This document shows, one piece after another, positions 30,278 to 43,076 of a stretch of DNA of 64,000 nt (position 1 is the first letter of the stretch; every line of letters starts with the position of its first letter). The stretch covers positions 1,302,001-1,366,000 of the forward strand of contig OZ316776.1 in assembly GCA_973851085.1 (NCBI GenBank). Reading direction: 5' to 3'. The notes beneath the pieces are model-generated. The model was given only the letters and a program-made list of their open reading frames with translations, was not told the DNA's origin and made no database searches. Made by a program: the position numbers and the translations under genes. This DNA is from Ptychomitrium polyphyllum. Lineage: Eukaryota.

Positions 30278-32329
30278 TCAGGTCTGTGCTTGTGTCGGAA
30301 GACGCGCTCCCAGCTATGAAAAGATGTCGCCACACACTTGCTCGACCGCTTCTGCAGGTTCACCTACAAGTTGGTGCCACATGTCTGGGTATGACTGCAA
30401 AGTTTATCTTTGCTGCTCGCATTCTGGAGAAGCACCTTGATACAATCAGGATCACACACGATGTCGTGATCTCCATGACGGATGAGCGACGGAGCTGTAA
30501 CCTCTGGTGCTCGGCTCTCACTCTCCTTTAAAAACCGCAAAAACTCCTGGGCAGTAGCAACCCGGAGGCCTGCCACTGTACCTGTAACCAAAAAGTGACA
30601 GAATTAATTCAAGGATCGTTAAGCATTATCGGATATCATCTGTTCATTGTTGTGTAGAAGTTTCTTTCTGGTGAGATCCATATGCACGATTTCCATGCGT
30701 TAGTGCGAATTATACTAAATTGCTAGAGTCTCCAACTCGAAAAATACACGTCATGTTTCATACACAACCAGTAAATTATTTGAATAAACCCAGACATGTG
30801 AAATAACAAAGAAAGTTATCGAGATATTAATCTTCAAGTCACCTAGATTTTGTTTGTGTACGCCGCAACATCTAACCTCTATCGCACTCAAACTCTTTGT
30901 GGTTTGCAACAGCTAATCGATGGAAAACTAGTTTTTGCCTACCACCAGAATTCATTATTGAAAATATCCTCACACGACTTGCTTCGAGCCCAGCATGGAA
31001 TCCTCACCTAAGGCTTAACTTGAATAGTTTAAAAATATTTCGGCAGAACTGCCGTCTGTACAATCTTTATGATGACAGGTTACAGCCTTTTGATAAGCCT
31101 GTTGACAGGTTTTGAAAAATGGTTGTGAGAAGCGCCTGACTTTGAGAATCCGGACAAGATACGACCATTGAGACTGTTCAAAAGTAAGTTGACAGTTGCA
31201 AGATGCAGAGCTTGGACAGTGGTTGATTTGGTAGAAGTGGACATTGTCTCAATCACATTGAACTCGGTCAAAATTACAACGTCAATAAACAAGGAACAGA
31301 GGATTTGTAAAAATGGATACCTAGTTGGGTTGATCCGTGCAAGGTCCCGTTTCCATGGCGTCTTGAAGGAAACAAGAGTATAACCTTCGTAGGAACGACC
31401 GGCCACGTGGGGATAAAATCTGCCAGCACATAAAAGTAAACAAATGAACCCTCACCTCCCTCGCATCATCAATACAAAAAGAAGCTGCAACTTCAAGTTT
31501 CAAAGAACTGAAAAGCATGTGAAAACAGATACATTCCCATGACGAGAGAGAGCACATGTTCAACTAACCAAGGGGGTTTGAATTTTTCAATCCCGAACAT
31601 GGCGCCATTTTAAATAATTCCTTGCCAAAGCTCAGGCTGCTGAAGGTGAATATGAATGGCAAAAGCGCCACCTAAAGGCTCGCTGCATAAGAAAAACGGA
31701 CCCTGATGAGAGTCATTCTGATCATCACCAAATGCATCTCATGAATACCAGACCATAAACTCTCAACTCATACATCAAAATAGACCTCATAATATGATGT
31801 TTCCCACTTCCAAAATTTCACCCCCTTGGTTTCCGCTTCAAAATTATTTCATAATCCCTTGAAGAGGAACACCGCTGCTACAAAACAGCCAATTCATACC
31901 TCACTGATCCGACATTAAAAAAACCAGAATCCACGATCAAAATATATCCAATATGATGCTTAACCTTAGGATCAAAGAAGCCAATGCAATCACCGACGAC
32001 ATCGTTGATATCAGGAACATGCCCCTTAAACCCTTCTGATTTTCCATGGCCTCGATGAAATATGACGTACACCGCATACTTCTGCTTCGCAATGTGAATA
32101 CACGTGAGCTGCACCAACCACCCAGCATCCGCGCCACATCCATAACACACACAAACGACGCCCCGAATCTCCTTCTCCACTGGCGTCCAGGAACGCCACC
32201 ACTGCTTCAACCCACGTGAGTTCACAAGCGCATCCTCAACGCATCTCACTCCATGCTTCGAGTAAAACTCCGCTGCCTCGCACTTTCCGAAGACACTCAT
32301 CGCAAAGTGGATGCGGCTCCTGCTCCATG
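30278..32329 (-). pseudogene. Caffeoyl shikimate esterase / monoacylglycerol lipase-like alpha/beta-hydrolase pseudogene. Exons about 32329-31966, 31720-31533, 31419-31321, 30581-30278
   Basis: Recognisable segments: EFYSKHGV..NSRGLKQ, HRGHGKSEG..HVPDINDVVGDCI, FKPPWLVEH, IPTWPVVPT, VSFKTPWKR, HGDHDIVCDP and YPDMWHQLVGEP. Lesions: nucleophile motif SESLGG changed to SEPLGG (31676-31678), in-frame TAA at 31610-31612, a W-to-TAG change near the 3' end, and several frameshifts. Confidence 0.88.
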
Positions 32330-34072
32330 ACTACCCGGACCTCAAAACAGCTTCCAAGTTCTACTAAACTTCTCAACTCTGCAACTCATATCAGTTCTCT
32401 TGAACGATCAGCATGGAAATAACTCAGCCGAACAAAACTACCCAGCTTTGAGCTGTGAGTTTCGTATCAATGTCAGCTCAGAGAAGCTTAAGAAAAAAAC
32501 TGATCTTTGGAAGTAACACTAGGAATCTAGTTGTATGGTTCCGACTCCGTTATCTGTGGTTAAGCTTGAGAGGAGCTGCCAACTCATAACATACTTTGAA
32601 CAGTGGATGTGACCACCCTTTTGGTTAATAGTTGGACTGGTGACTCAGTATACTTGGCAATGGCATGGTGCTTTGGTGCTTTGGTGCTTTGGAACTACAT
32701 GTGATAGATGATGCATTTTTCATGGTTTAGAAGATAAGATTTAAAAGAAATTTTTGCTTATATTTTCTTTTAGAAAGGTTCCTTCTTTTGATTGAATATA
32801 TTACGCTAGAATCTTTAAGTGTTTAAATTGAAAATTACAAAGAAAAAGAAAAAACTTCTATAAGTAAGAATAAGAATTTTTTATTTATGTTGAAGTCATC
32901 ACATGTTATAGAATAAACTTTTTTTTTTCCATTGGTATGTAATATGGTCCCTTTTAAAAACTTTTGATGATCTATTTAAAGTATAGTGAGATATGGAAAT
33001 GAACACTTTTGTCTCCTAGGACGTTTTTGGTATGAGAAATTGTGAATGGTTAAGTGGAGTAAGAAAAGAAAAAATGAAAGAGAGGAAAATGCAATTTAAC
33101 ATTATAACAATATATGTAAAAAGAATTAAGATAAAGGCTACTAAAACGGATAGGAACTATTTAGATCCAAAAATCTAATTCATCTATAATATTGGGGCAC
33201 AAAGGTACCTCATAAATATATACCTTGATTTTTAGGCACGTATTTATGGTGTACATTTACTTTGCAAAATCAACAAAATTGCTTGACTTTGGTGTATTGT
33301 TGGATGGATTGCAAGAGAAGGAGATAGGATTGTACTGATAGGTCTAGAAAGGAATGGAAATTGTAATTATGGAGTGAGCTTGTACCATTGTTGTGTTTTC
33401 CTTGTGCTGGTTTTCATGGTGCAAAGATGATGTGGTACGTGGAAAGTGTTGGTTGTTGTATTTTGTGTATGAGCTTTTTAATAGGTTGGAGTCTTTTGGA
33501 ACTTGTATGGTTGATGACAAGGTATAGGGGCATAAAATTTATCATATGTATGTTTGTTACCTATTAAAAAAAGAGTATTGTATCAATCTTGGATTGTTTA
33601 TTTAATTATTTAACTTACTTGATAATAAAATGTTTCAATAAGAATCATTTTGTTTCCCAATTTGAATTTTTTTTTAATAATACATCATATATTTGTTAGT
33701 TAATATAACCATTAACTAATAGTGCATAAAATTTTAAATTTTTTTTGGCAATACTTTATATAAGTCAATTAAATATAAGTCAACACTTTTGTAGTTAAAT
33801 TTATAATTGCAAATAAAATTGAAGTCAACTTTAACTTTAAAGGCTTTATACTTCAAAACAGTGTTTTGCTTTGAAAAGCATTTTAAAACTATAAATACTA
33901 TAAAATGAATTGTTAGCAACATATTTATAGAAAGATGAAATGTTATTCTATTGGCTTATCTATTCTTCATTCTATATGATGTAGTATGAATTTTTTTAAT
34001 TGTTCTTTAAAGTATGTAGACCTTCCAATATAAAAAATCAACAGTCTATATTTAATAATTTCTTATTTTAGA

Positions 34073-34091
34073 TATATATATATATATATAT
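34073..34091. repeat. (TA)n microsatellite
   Basis: Read directly in the sequence. Confidence 0.85.
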
Positions 34092-35541
34092 GTGCATGCA
34101 TATCATATCTTTTTTTGGCTTAAAGAAGTGTCCATAGAATGGCTTAGTATATTGTGCTTGTCCCTTTTACAAACCAATAATATTATATCTTAATACGTTA
34201 AAGACATGCTATGATATCATCTTAAATTTAAGAATTGTATTTTTAAATGAAAAAGCCAATTATGGCCAATTCTAGCCTTGAAGCAATAATTTTAGCCGTT
34301 TTCTTCTTAAATTTGAGGGAATTTACTTCTAATTAACCTCATTTATTTGACGTAGTTGACTTTTTGTATAAAGAAAGCTTTACCATGTCTATATGACAAC
34401 AAAGGAAAATTTCATGAGTCTTTGAGACATTCTTTTATATTGTTCTCCAATTTTTTTGTTGTTGCACATTTGGAGGTTCCCTTTGAAGTTCATTGTGAGG
34501 CAGTTCAATTGAGCTGACTGATGGTGATTGCATGTGATTGTGTCATTGCAGGATGTTTGATTCTTGCACTATACTTAAACTTAAATTTAGCTCCAACTGA
34601 TGTCAGTTTCAATGGCAACATCTCGAGCTCCTTGAGATTTATTCGACAAGAGAGTCCATATCATTCAACACATCATCATCCAATATGGAGTTTCTCTCAG
34701 AGTGTCAAAACTAAGTTCTTGAATGGTGCTATTCTTGGAGGCATCTGGTCCGGTTTGACAGCATGATGTAGGTAAGAAGACCACAATTTAGGCCAGTTCA
34801 ATTGTCCTCTTTTCATTTGGGAAGGGTTCGTATTTGTGAAGTATTACAGTGTCTCATGCCTTAACAAGCCTTTTGGTGTGATCACTTAGGAATTAAAGCT
34901 TTCACTTCCAATGGATTTTTGCAAGGTAGCTGCAATCAAAATGCAGAAAGCCTTTGCGAACTCCTTGTGTGTCAATTGCATATTTTACTCACTTTTTGTT
35001 CCTTTTATATTCTACGTTGTGATCATGTTGTAAGTTTCTATAATCAATTATAGCAGTGATGGTAGCAATTGTAGGAGGTAGTCTTTCATATGGAATTGCT
35101 TGAGCAGCATGGCAGCGTGCTATATGTTCGACAATGCAAACATGTTCTGAATCCTCTTTCTAAGATCTTATACAGCTGGCTTCTGGTTCGTACTTCTCTA
35201 GTTATTAATGGTTGTTTAATATTTTAGATGCATGCAATATTCTTAACTCTGTACTATATCATTATCGATATTCTTGACTCCATTTCTTATTGGTATTCTT
35301 ATGCACTAAGAAAGAGCAGAGGTGGATCATTTCATACACCCCGTGATAGCATCAGTCATGTCTAAATTCCATGTATATGTTTGTGGGAACCACCTCTACA
35401 GAACTGGGCTCCCCTGAGGTTGAGTCATGCGGATGAATAATTATCATTGTCAAAACACACATTATAATACTGTTCTGATCTAGCACTGATACAAGTGTGT
35501 CGCATGAAGCGTGCTGTTACACACTATAATGCTGTTCGGAT

Positions 35542-37591
35542 CTAGCACTGATACAAGTGTGTCGGCAGCCGAGGTTCGGCGACCACGACCAGCGACTCTT
35601 GCTTCGTCATCACAATCCCAAACGCCTCCGTCATGTCCAGCTCCTGTGGTGACATCCCCTCAGGCAGACTCCACTCGAAAGCATGCAACAGAGTCGCCAA
35701 CTCCGAATGCACCCTTAGTGCAGCGAGTTCCAAGCCCGGACATTGCCGCCTGCCAGATCCAAAAGGGATGAACTCAAAATGCTGACCGCGAAAGTCAGTG
35801 CTGCCATGCGGTGCTCCCTCCAGAAACCTTTCTGGCACGAACTGCAGCGGCTTCTCCCAAACGGCGGGATCTCGTCCCATGCCCCAGAAGTTCACTAACA
35901 ACTTCGTCTTGACGGGGATGTCGTACCCGAAGACTTTAGTGGCGGTGAGGTTCTGGTGTGGCACGAACGGTGCTGGCGGATGCAGGCGGAGCGTCTCTTT
36001 CACAATTCCTTGGATGTACTTGAGCTCTGGGATGTCGGATTCTTGCACCGTTCGGTTGCGGCCCACAACACGATCGAGCTCCGATCTGGCTTGCTTCATA
36101 CAAGTCGGATTGCACATGAGCTCCGCCATCGCCCACTCGAGCACTACTGTGCTTGTGTGGGTCCCTGCCTCAAATGCGTCCTGGTGATGGTTGGATTCGT
36201 ACAGCAAGAGTGTTAGTGGTATAATGGTATTATGTTGGGAGGGTGATGCCTTTGGAGCCAAATGTCTTGAACTACTAGTCACGTACCAAAGCTCAAAGGT
36301 TTGAAGTTTTGGACACTTACAGTGGTTCTCATAGTTCTCTACTCAAACCTAGCTGAGTACATCTTTAGATCATGACACAATTTCAACATGTGATGCTATT
36401 ACTTTTTGCACTACATATCCGTGAACTACCCTGGGATAGTCTAAAAAACTAGTGAGGTTGAGAGCTTACAGGCTTGGTGGATCTAGTTTGTGGATAAACA
36501 ACGGTAAATCATTCTGAAGGATATTTGCTTTCTTGATTGCTTACCCAGGTGACTCCAAAAATGTGTTCTTCTGTGATTCCGTTTTCCGGAAAATCAAGCT
36601 GGTCCAAAAGCACGTCAAGAAGAGTCTTCTCCCTTTCCGAGATTGGATTCTTCCTTCGGTCCTCCTTGTGCTCATTGATCAAGTTCGTCCAGAACAAATC
36701 CATACGAGCTCTCAGCTTGCGGAAGCGCGCACCAAAGCCTTGAGGATCTAACCACTCGGGGATTAAGTCGAAGTAGTCTTGTGGGTCAGTTATACTTAAA
36801 CAAAGGGGCAGCTCTTTCGATATTTCTATGTATTCACGGGTTTGGGAAACATTCGGGTCCTCGCCCTCCCGCTCGCCCCAAAGGAACCTTTTGTTGAGAA
36901 TCATACGTGATAGGAGGTTCATGGACAAGATGTTTATGTATGTAATCAGTTTAAACGGGCCTGTTTCTTTGGTGATAGATCTGAGCATGTTGGCTACTTC
37001 CTCTGCTCGGATGTACTTGGATGCTTCCAGCCGCTTCAAACTCGTGAGTTCAGCGACGAAGATTTTCTTTAGTTGTCGAGTCACAGGCGTGATGTCGTTT
37101 GCAAGTATGTCTGAAAGAACAATTAGGTACTGGCACAATAATTAGTTCCAAATCAAGAAGGACTGGGCGACTTAATTAGTATCTAACAGAGTCATCACGA
37201 AATCGAATTTTAGTTCCACTCCAAACTTTCAAGCAAAACAGAACGAATAAAAATTAAAGTTTAGATGCACACCTTTTCCAAGAATGATTCTGGACCCTCG
37301 TTGGCTGGGCCTGGAAGAGAAGTTGGTGCCCTGGTGCTTGAGAAACTCCATAGCTGCTGCAGAAGATGTTGCAACAACGCAAAACTTTTGTCCAAGTCGC
37401 AGTGACATCACTGGCCCGTATTTATTGGCTAAAGCAGTCAAATTTTGGGCAGGGTTGGAGAAGAGCAGGTGCATCGATCCGACAATGGGCCACGGTGACG
37501 GTCCAGGCGGTAAGTTCAAATTGTCAAGTTGTATGAAAAACATCCTGGCCATTACGTATATGATCAACCAAGCAACTGCCACGAGCTGCAT
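35542..37591 (-). CDS. Cytochrome P450, A-type (CYP71 clan), about 507 aa. Exons 37591-37273, 37110-36545, 36180-35542
   Basis: N-terminal hydrophobic anchor plus LPPGPSPWPIVG, I-helix EAGTHTS, K-helix ETLR, PERF and heme motif PFGSGRRQCPG. Exons sum to 1524 nt in frame, with a phase-0 intron just before the I-helix motif as is typical of A-type P450s. Confidence 0.93.
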
Positions 37592-40274
37592 ACAAATGGT
37601 TTACACCACCACCCACAGTTGATGTTTTAAACCAGGAAAGCTATATTGCTTGAGCGGCAAATTCAATTGGGACAGAAGACACAGTATCCAGCATGATCGC
37701 CGACAGACACAAATCAGCGAGATTCTGTTGTAACTGCGGTGCTTAAACCGAACAATAAGAAAACTCATCTGCAGCAATAAGGGCCAGTTCGCAAGAATAT
37801 GTTTTCATAAAGAGATTAATCACAGGAATGTGTTTCAAACGGCAACAACAAACAGAGATATCATTGGAGAAGCTGGACTGACTAGTTCTTCAAGGAATTA
37901 CGAACTTACCAAGAGAGCCTCAGCGGTAGTTGTCGAGGATCCCAGCTCCATGGTGCAGTAAAGTTCTCCGATCCCCCAAGCGTCGAAGGTCAAGTGCAAG
38001 TTTATCGCGTATCGAAATGAACACCGTGGTGTAGTTTTGGGAATATATGCTCCCCGGGGATTCCCGTATGCTTAGTGACGTGCCTCTCGTCAACGTATTG
38101 TACGAGTATGATGTCACATACAATTAACAGAGAAAATTAAAGAATACGGAAGGTTGCTGGCCGACAACTCTTGCATGTGCATCCAGTCCTTGAGGAATGG
38201 TATATTTAAACATGTAAGTACACGCTCGCGCAGAATTTCTCCTACCTTCAGTGTTTCAAAATCTCAACTGGTTTCACAGTAGCTCATAAAAAATTTTAAT
38301 AGTCGATGGCCAGAGAGGTAGTGTACCACTGTACGTCATTGGAAAGTTGCTCGTCTGTCTTGCTCTTCTGTTGCAGTTCCGTCTACCTGATTATACTTTC
38401 AATATATTATTCAAAGACTACAGCTGTATAGCAGCGTCAGCCGAAGTACTGCTTACATACGTTGGAGCTGTATTGTCCCGTTATAATGAAAACGACCTTG
38501 TATGGTAATTTAACTATTTAGTAAAATTTAGAGTTTTTTTATCACTTCCACTCTTGGATTTTCCTTTGTGGAGTAAAAGTTGCTTAATTTAAATGTTATA
38601 ATTTCTTCTTTGTCGACATGAGGGTGTGTTTGTTAAATACGATATTTGTAAAAACGTCACATTTCCTGGACTCCACTTTTTGAAGGCCTAGTTACTAAAC
38701 TGGGTTCACACTAAACAATGTACAGCTGTCTAACTGAAATGTTTCGTTTCCTGAATAAGGAATTATGTATCCTTCACTGAACATGCAGTTGGATATGGGT
38801 GCATGGGTACTACATGCTAGTGAGGCAAGACTTTGCAAGACCTCAAGGTAGTTCACAACCCCATGTCCTCGAAAAGTCATGAGAATATTAGTTGATTTGG
38901 TCATTTTTGAACCATCAAGCGTAGAACATGTGGAGAGTGACGACTTGGGTTGGGTTACAGCCTCAAAATTAGAGCCTGTGCTGAAGAAAGCTGAACAATA
39001 GATTAAGGTAGCGTCATCCTGCATTTGAGGGATACTGGCTCAAAAGAAAGCGGCCAGAATGGATTTGCTCGAAAGAGAATATATATGAGTTCATATGTTA
39101 ACTTCGATATAGGTCGTCATCATTTATGCGTGTTGAACCAGCACTTGTTACAGGTTCTTTCTTTTCACAAGAAGGCTGGCCGTTGCCGGAGCGAACTGGT
39201 AGATCTCTTTGTGATTTGTCCTCGTAGTGCTGATGGAAATGTATTTTACTCATAAATCTCTTTTTGTACAGGCTTCATCCTGTGCTCTCGTTTAGATTCT
39301 TTGGCATGCTTGGCTGGTTTTCTAGAAGCTTACATCTACAGTAACGAGGGGCGCTTTCAAGCCTTTCCATTTAGAGTAGAATTTTGTCATGCATATTATG
39401 CTATGAAGAAATTATTCTGAGTGGTTAATTAGTGTTCACAGCTTTCTGTCTTTCCTAAATCAAACGCTAATTCGGCCGTTGGAGGCCAAACCGTGGCTCC
39501 GGCTTGTGCTACTTATCAAGACGTGATATACAACGTTACCAGAGCCTGCTGTAGAAGTACTGATGCAAAATGTGTCTTCGAGAAGAATTAAGCTTCTCGA
39601 AGTCCTGCCTATAACAAGTCTAGCATCAGTTCTTGCTATCTCAGTATGTAAAGGCAATCTGTCTCTTGGCCACTTCAAGCGACAACAAACCCCAGTGGAC
39701 GGTCAGATGAACTAGATTGAAGAGATAACGGAATCATCAAGATGTCTGCAGAAGGAGTACTTCACCCGTTTTAACTGCTCTACTTGGACCCCTGCCTCCC
39801 TCTCCCTGATGAAACACTGACAAGCTTAAATCGGTAATCACCATACCTGTCTTTCCGCGGTGCAGCATTGATCAAAATGTGACTACGCTGTTGGTGCGTG
39901 ACATGCCTCCAGTGTACTAAGTAATAGTGCATCAATATTTTTGGCAACGAAAACAACCTTGCAGCAAAATGAAACATCTGAAAATTTGTCTCTTGCTAAT
40001 TGGATTTGATCTACCGTGACCTCCAAACGTGGCAGTGCATTTGACTCGATTCACCCCTTTTCAGTTGCTAATTAATCAGAAGCCTGAAGTGACCATATTA
40101 CGAGGACTTCTATTGTGCGAATTTGGCCTGTCAAGTATGGCTCATACACAGATTTGATCAAAGTGCTTTTGAGCTTCTTTTGATAAGCTGACATTTTTGG
40201 ACTCTCGGACCCGAAGGCCCTGAATTCGTGACCTGGTGAAAGACAAAGGTTTTTGTATCATTGAATACCTCAAG

Positions 40275-41809
40275 ATGGCAGGGATGTCCGGGTCCAGGCC
40301 GGATGCCGTGGTCGGAACACGAGAATTTTCTCGAGTGCGCCAGTTTGACATGGAGGAGAGAAGGAAAAGGATACTTGGAAATCCTAAGTACGATATTGCG
40401 GTACTAATATTCCTCTCACCACTTGCTTTCATAGATGCATTCTGGTGCATTTCCGGTTCCATTATTCGATTCTTGATCACTCTTTGATATTTCTATCACT
40501 TCGGCCCCAACTTTTGTCGAAGGGCATTTATATTTGACTCTATACTAGGTGGACAAGGAAGCCCTTGACAAGCAAGTGAAGGCGGAGATTGATTACCGTC
40601 AAAAACAAGAGAAAGCTAAAGAGCAATTTGGTATGTCGTCTCACATCTCCACAAAATTCCTTGCTGGACTTACTGTAGTAGCACGAAGCCATATTTCAAC
40701 TTACCTAATTCATCATCTGAACTTGTGCGATGACAATGTGGATCATGCAGAGCAATGGGAGCTTGCTAAAATCGCGTCCATGAAGAAAGCCGAAGAACTC
40801 ATCGAGTAGGAACCTTTACCACACTTTACTTTACATTAAAAACATATCATTCTCTTTCTGGGATAGCTTTCTAAGGACTTACACTAGGAAGTCCTCGCGT
40901 TTCGTTGCAATAGAAAGGAAAGGAGGATCAACTGCCAGGAGTACGAGCAGTACTGGCAAGAGCAGCAGAAATGTAGAGTACAAAAAGAAGTGGATGAGAA
41001 AATGCACCTCCTTTCCATGAATGAAAGGGTAAGTGGCACGTACCCTTTCTACAATAAAATCTGTTTCCTCTTTGCAAAAAATTTGTGGCGGAGGTCACAT
41101 ATTAAATGAGGCCACAAACTCATCATTATTCTGGAGTGCGGTGGTTTCAGATCGGGCCTTTTGACAAGATTCGCTATGACGATCAAGAAATGGAGCCGCA
41201 GAAGAGTTCAGCAATCCAGTTATCAGTAAATCATGTACGATTATGGCAAGAACAACTGGCTATGCAGAAGAAAGAGCAGGAGTCGAAGGCCAGAATTGAT
41301 TGGATTCAAAAGGATATTGAGAACCGAAAACGCTTGCGTCAGATGGAAGAAAATGTACTCATCAGAATTGACTTCCTCTGTCTCTCCTTCCTTTTGAATT
41401 TCAAAGAAGCATAGATAACGAGTTTGATCATTCTGTGATTGCTCATGTCAATCTACTGTGCAACAGATCAAGGCGCAAATTTTCGACCGAGATAAAAAGA
41501 TTGAGAGAGAAATGCTGGTGAGGAGCGGAGAGAAGTTTAAAGAGTAAGTGCTCTGTTCGTCATAAATCAAATTTACTCGGAAATATATTCATTGCCGACG
41601 TGCTTCATGCCACACTTGCTTAACCTACATCCAGATGAACTAATCTCTAAATTTTAACTTCTTTCTTCCATATCTTTCTAGTCGCAATATTCAAACGATG
41701 ATTTCTAAAAAATGGCATGTATTGCAGAGCTCAGATGGAGCATTTGGAGAACCACATGTACCAGATCCCGCCCGAGTATTTTGAACAGTTCCAAACTACT
41801 GCACGCTGA
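40275..41809 (+). CDS. RIB43A-like axonemal microtubule inner protein, about 246 aa. Exons 40275-40400, 40549-40630, 40751-40805, 40914-41028, 41151-41354, 41467-41543, 41728-41809
   Basis: N-terminal EERRKRILGNPKYDIAVDKEALDKQV and C-terminal PPEYFEQFQTTAR* match the RIB43A family termini as I recall them (RIFN..IGVDKEALDQQV ... YFAQFNTSSR). The middle is Q/E/K/R coiled-coil. Seven GT-AG exons total 741 nt in frame. Confidence 0.8.
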
Positions 41810-43076
41810 TGCTACACACATGCGACTTCAGATAGATTGGCAACTAGAAACAATTTCTTTTGAAGTTTCCTGATAGATTGTGACCTACGACAGATTGAGG
41901 GTCGAGTCGTCGAGTAAGAGCTCAGCCCTGCAGCTCATAGTGCTATATAGCTGGGACTTTGCCACTGAATTTCAGTCAGCAACATGACAATGCAATTTAC
42001 AAAAGATTCTCCCTGAAGATGATCCTCTCTCTATGATGTGGTGTACCCACGAATCGGAATTGCCACGGCTGTTGACTGGATTTGCATCAAACTTGTTGCG
42101 ATCAAACCTAATGAAAATGAGTTTATATACAGGCCACAGTCTCGTATGAAGATGTTTGGCAAACAGATCTCTCAGGCATAGGTCACAGGCCTTCACTGCT
42201 TGTTTCTGAACTCTCAGGACCGGCGCACCCACGTCCAGCTTGCGTACTTATTTTGTTGTCTAGCCTGAGTACTCAATATTCTCTCTCTCAGAAAGTCTCA
42301 TCATATAATGCAAGATTCATGATGTAACCGGAAGAAACAATGGAGATCAAGTTACCATCTGAGAATTGCCAACATTTGTAGAATAGTGGTGGACAACCTC
42401 TACCACTATGTCGAGATAACTAGTGCACGATACATATATTCAACCCAAATTCCACCTTCATTTTGCTCCCCGTACTTCAAACCCTTCCTCACTTTGAAAT
42501 GTTGTGCAGTACATCTACGGAGAGATGACCAAGCGGCGTTCACCATCACGAAACTCCCAACCGTCACATCGGAAAAATGATTGCTCTAAACGGCACCTTC
42601 ATCCAGCAACTACAGACAGAGATTTTACACATATGTCCGCAATTCTGTTCATTCCGAATACGAAGAAAGTCTAACTGTCAGATTGCTACAATTCCCATAC
42701 GTCTCCAAAATCCTTATTACCCTCAAGCTGTTCCAATTGCATAATCTTTACCCTGAAACATTTCAATTGCACGGCATTTGCAACCTATAGCGAGATCAAT
42801 CTTGAAAGCCAAACGGGAGAAGAATATCATTACAGAAAGAGCAGCGAACTTTGAACTAAAAAGAGCAGGGAGGATGTGTGCTCTGTCAGCTATTACATTG
42901 GCATGTAAAGTGTCATTCGATTTGCAACTCCCAAGTGAGAAGATGGGCAAATAGTTGTAACGGCATAACGGCGGTTGTCAGTGACTTGAGATTGATGTAG
43001 AGATGGAACAGCCGTGAAGTGAGGGTTGTACGGTGCTCTTCTAGCAGAAGATTCAACGAGAAACATTCCAGTGAAG

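Noticed and set aside
31537..31558. Resemblance to a miR535 target site (gtgctctctctcgt) in the esterase pseudogene
   Set aside because: Only a 14-nt core matches the miR535 sequence as I recall it, with several mismatches opposite the miRNA 5' end. It is also explained by coding sequence (HVLSLV).
37592..37694. Upstream ATG (37694) as the P450 start, implying a pseudogene
   Set aside because: That frame stops after 17 codons, whereas ATG 37591 gives a normal anchor plus PPGP hinge and a full-length protein. It is at most a uORF.
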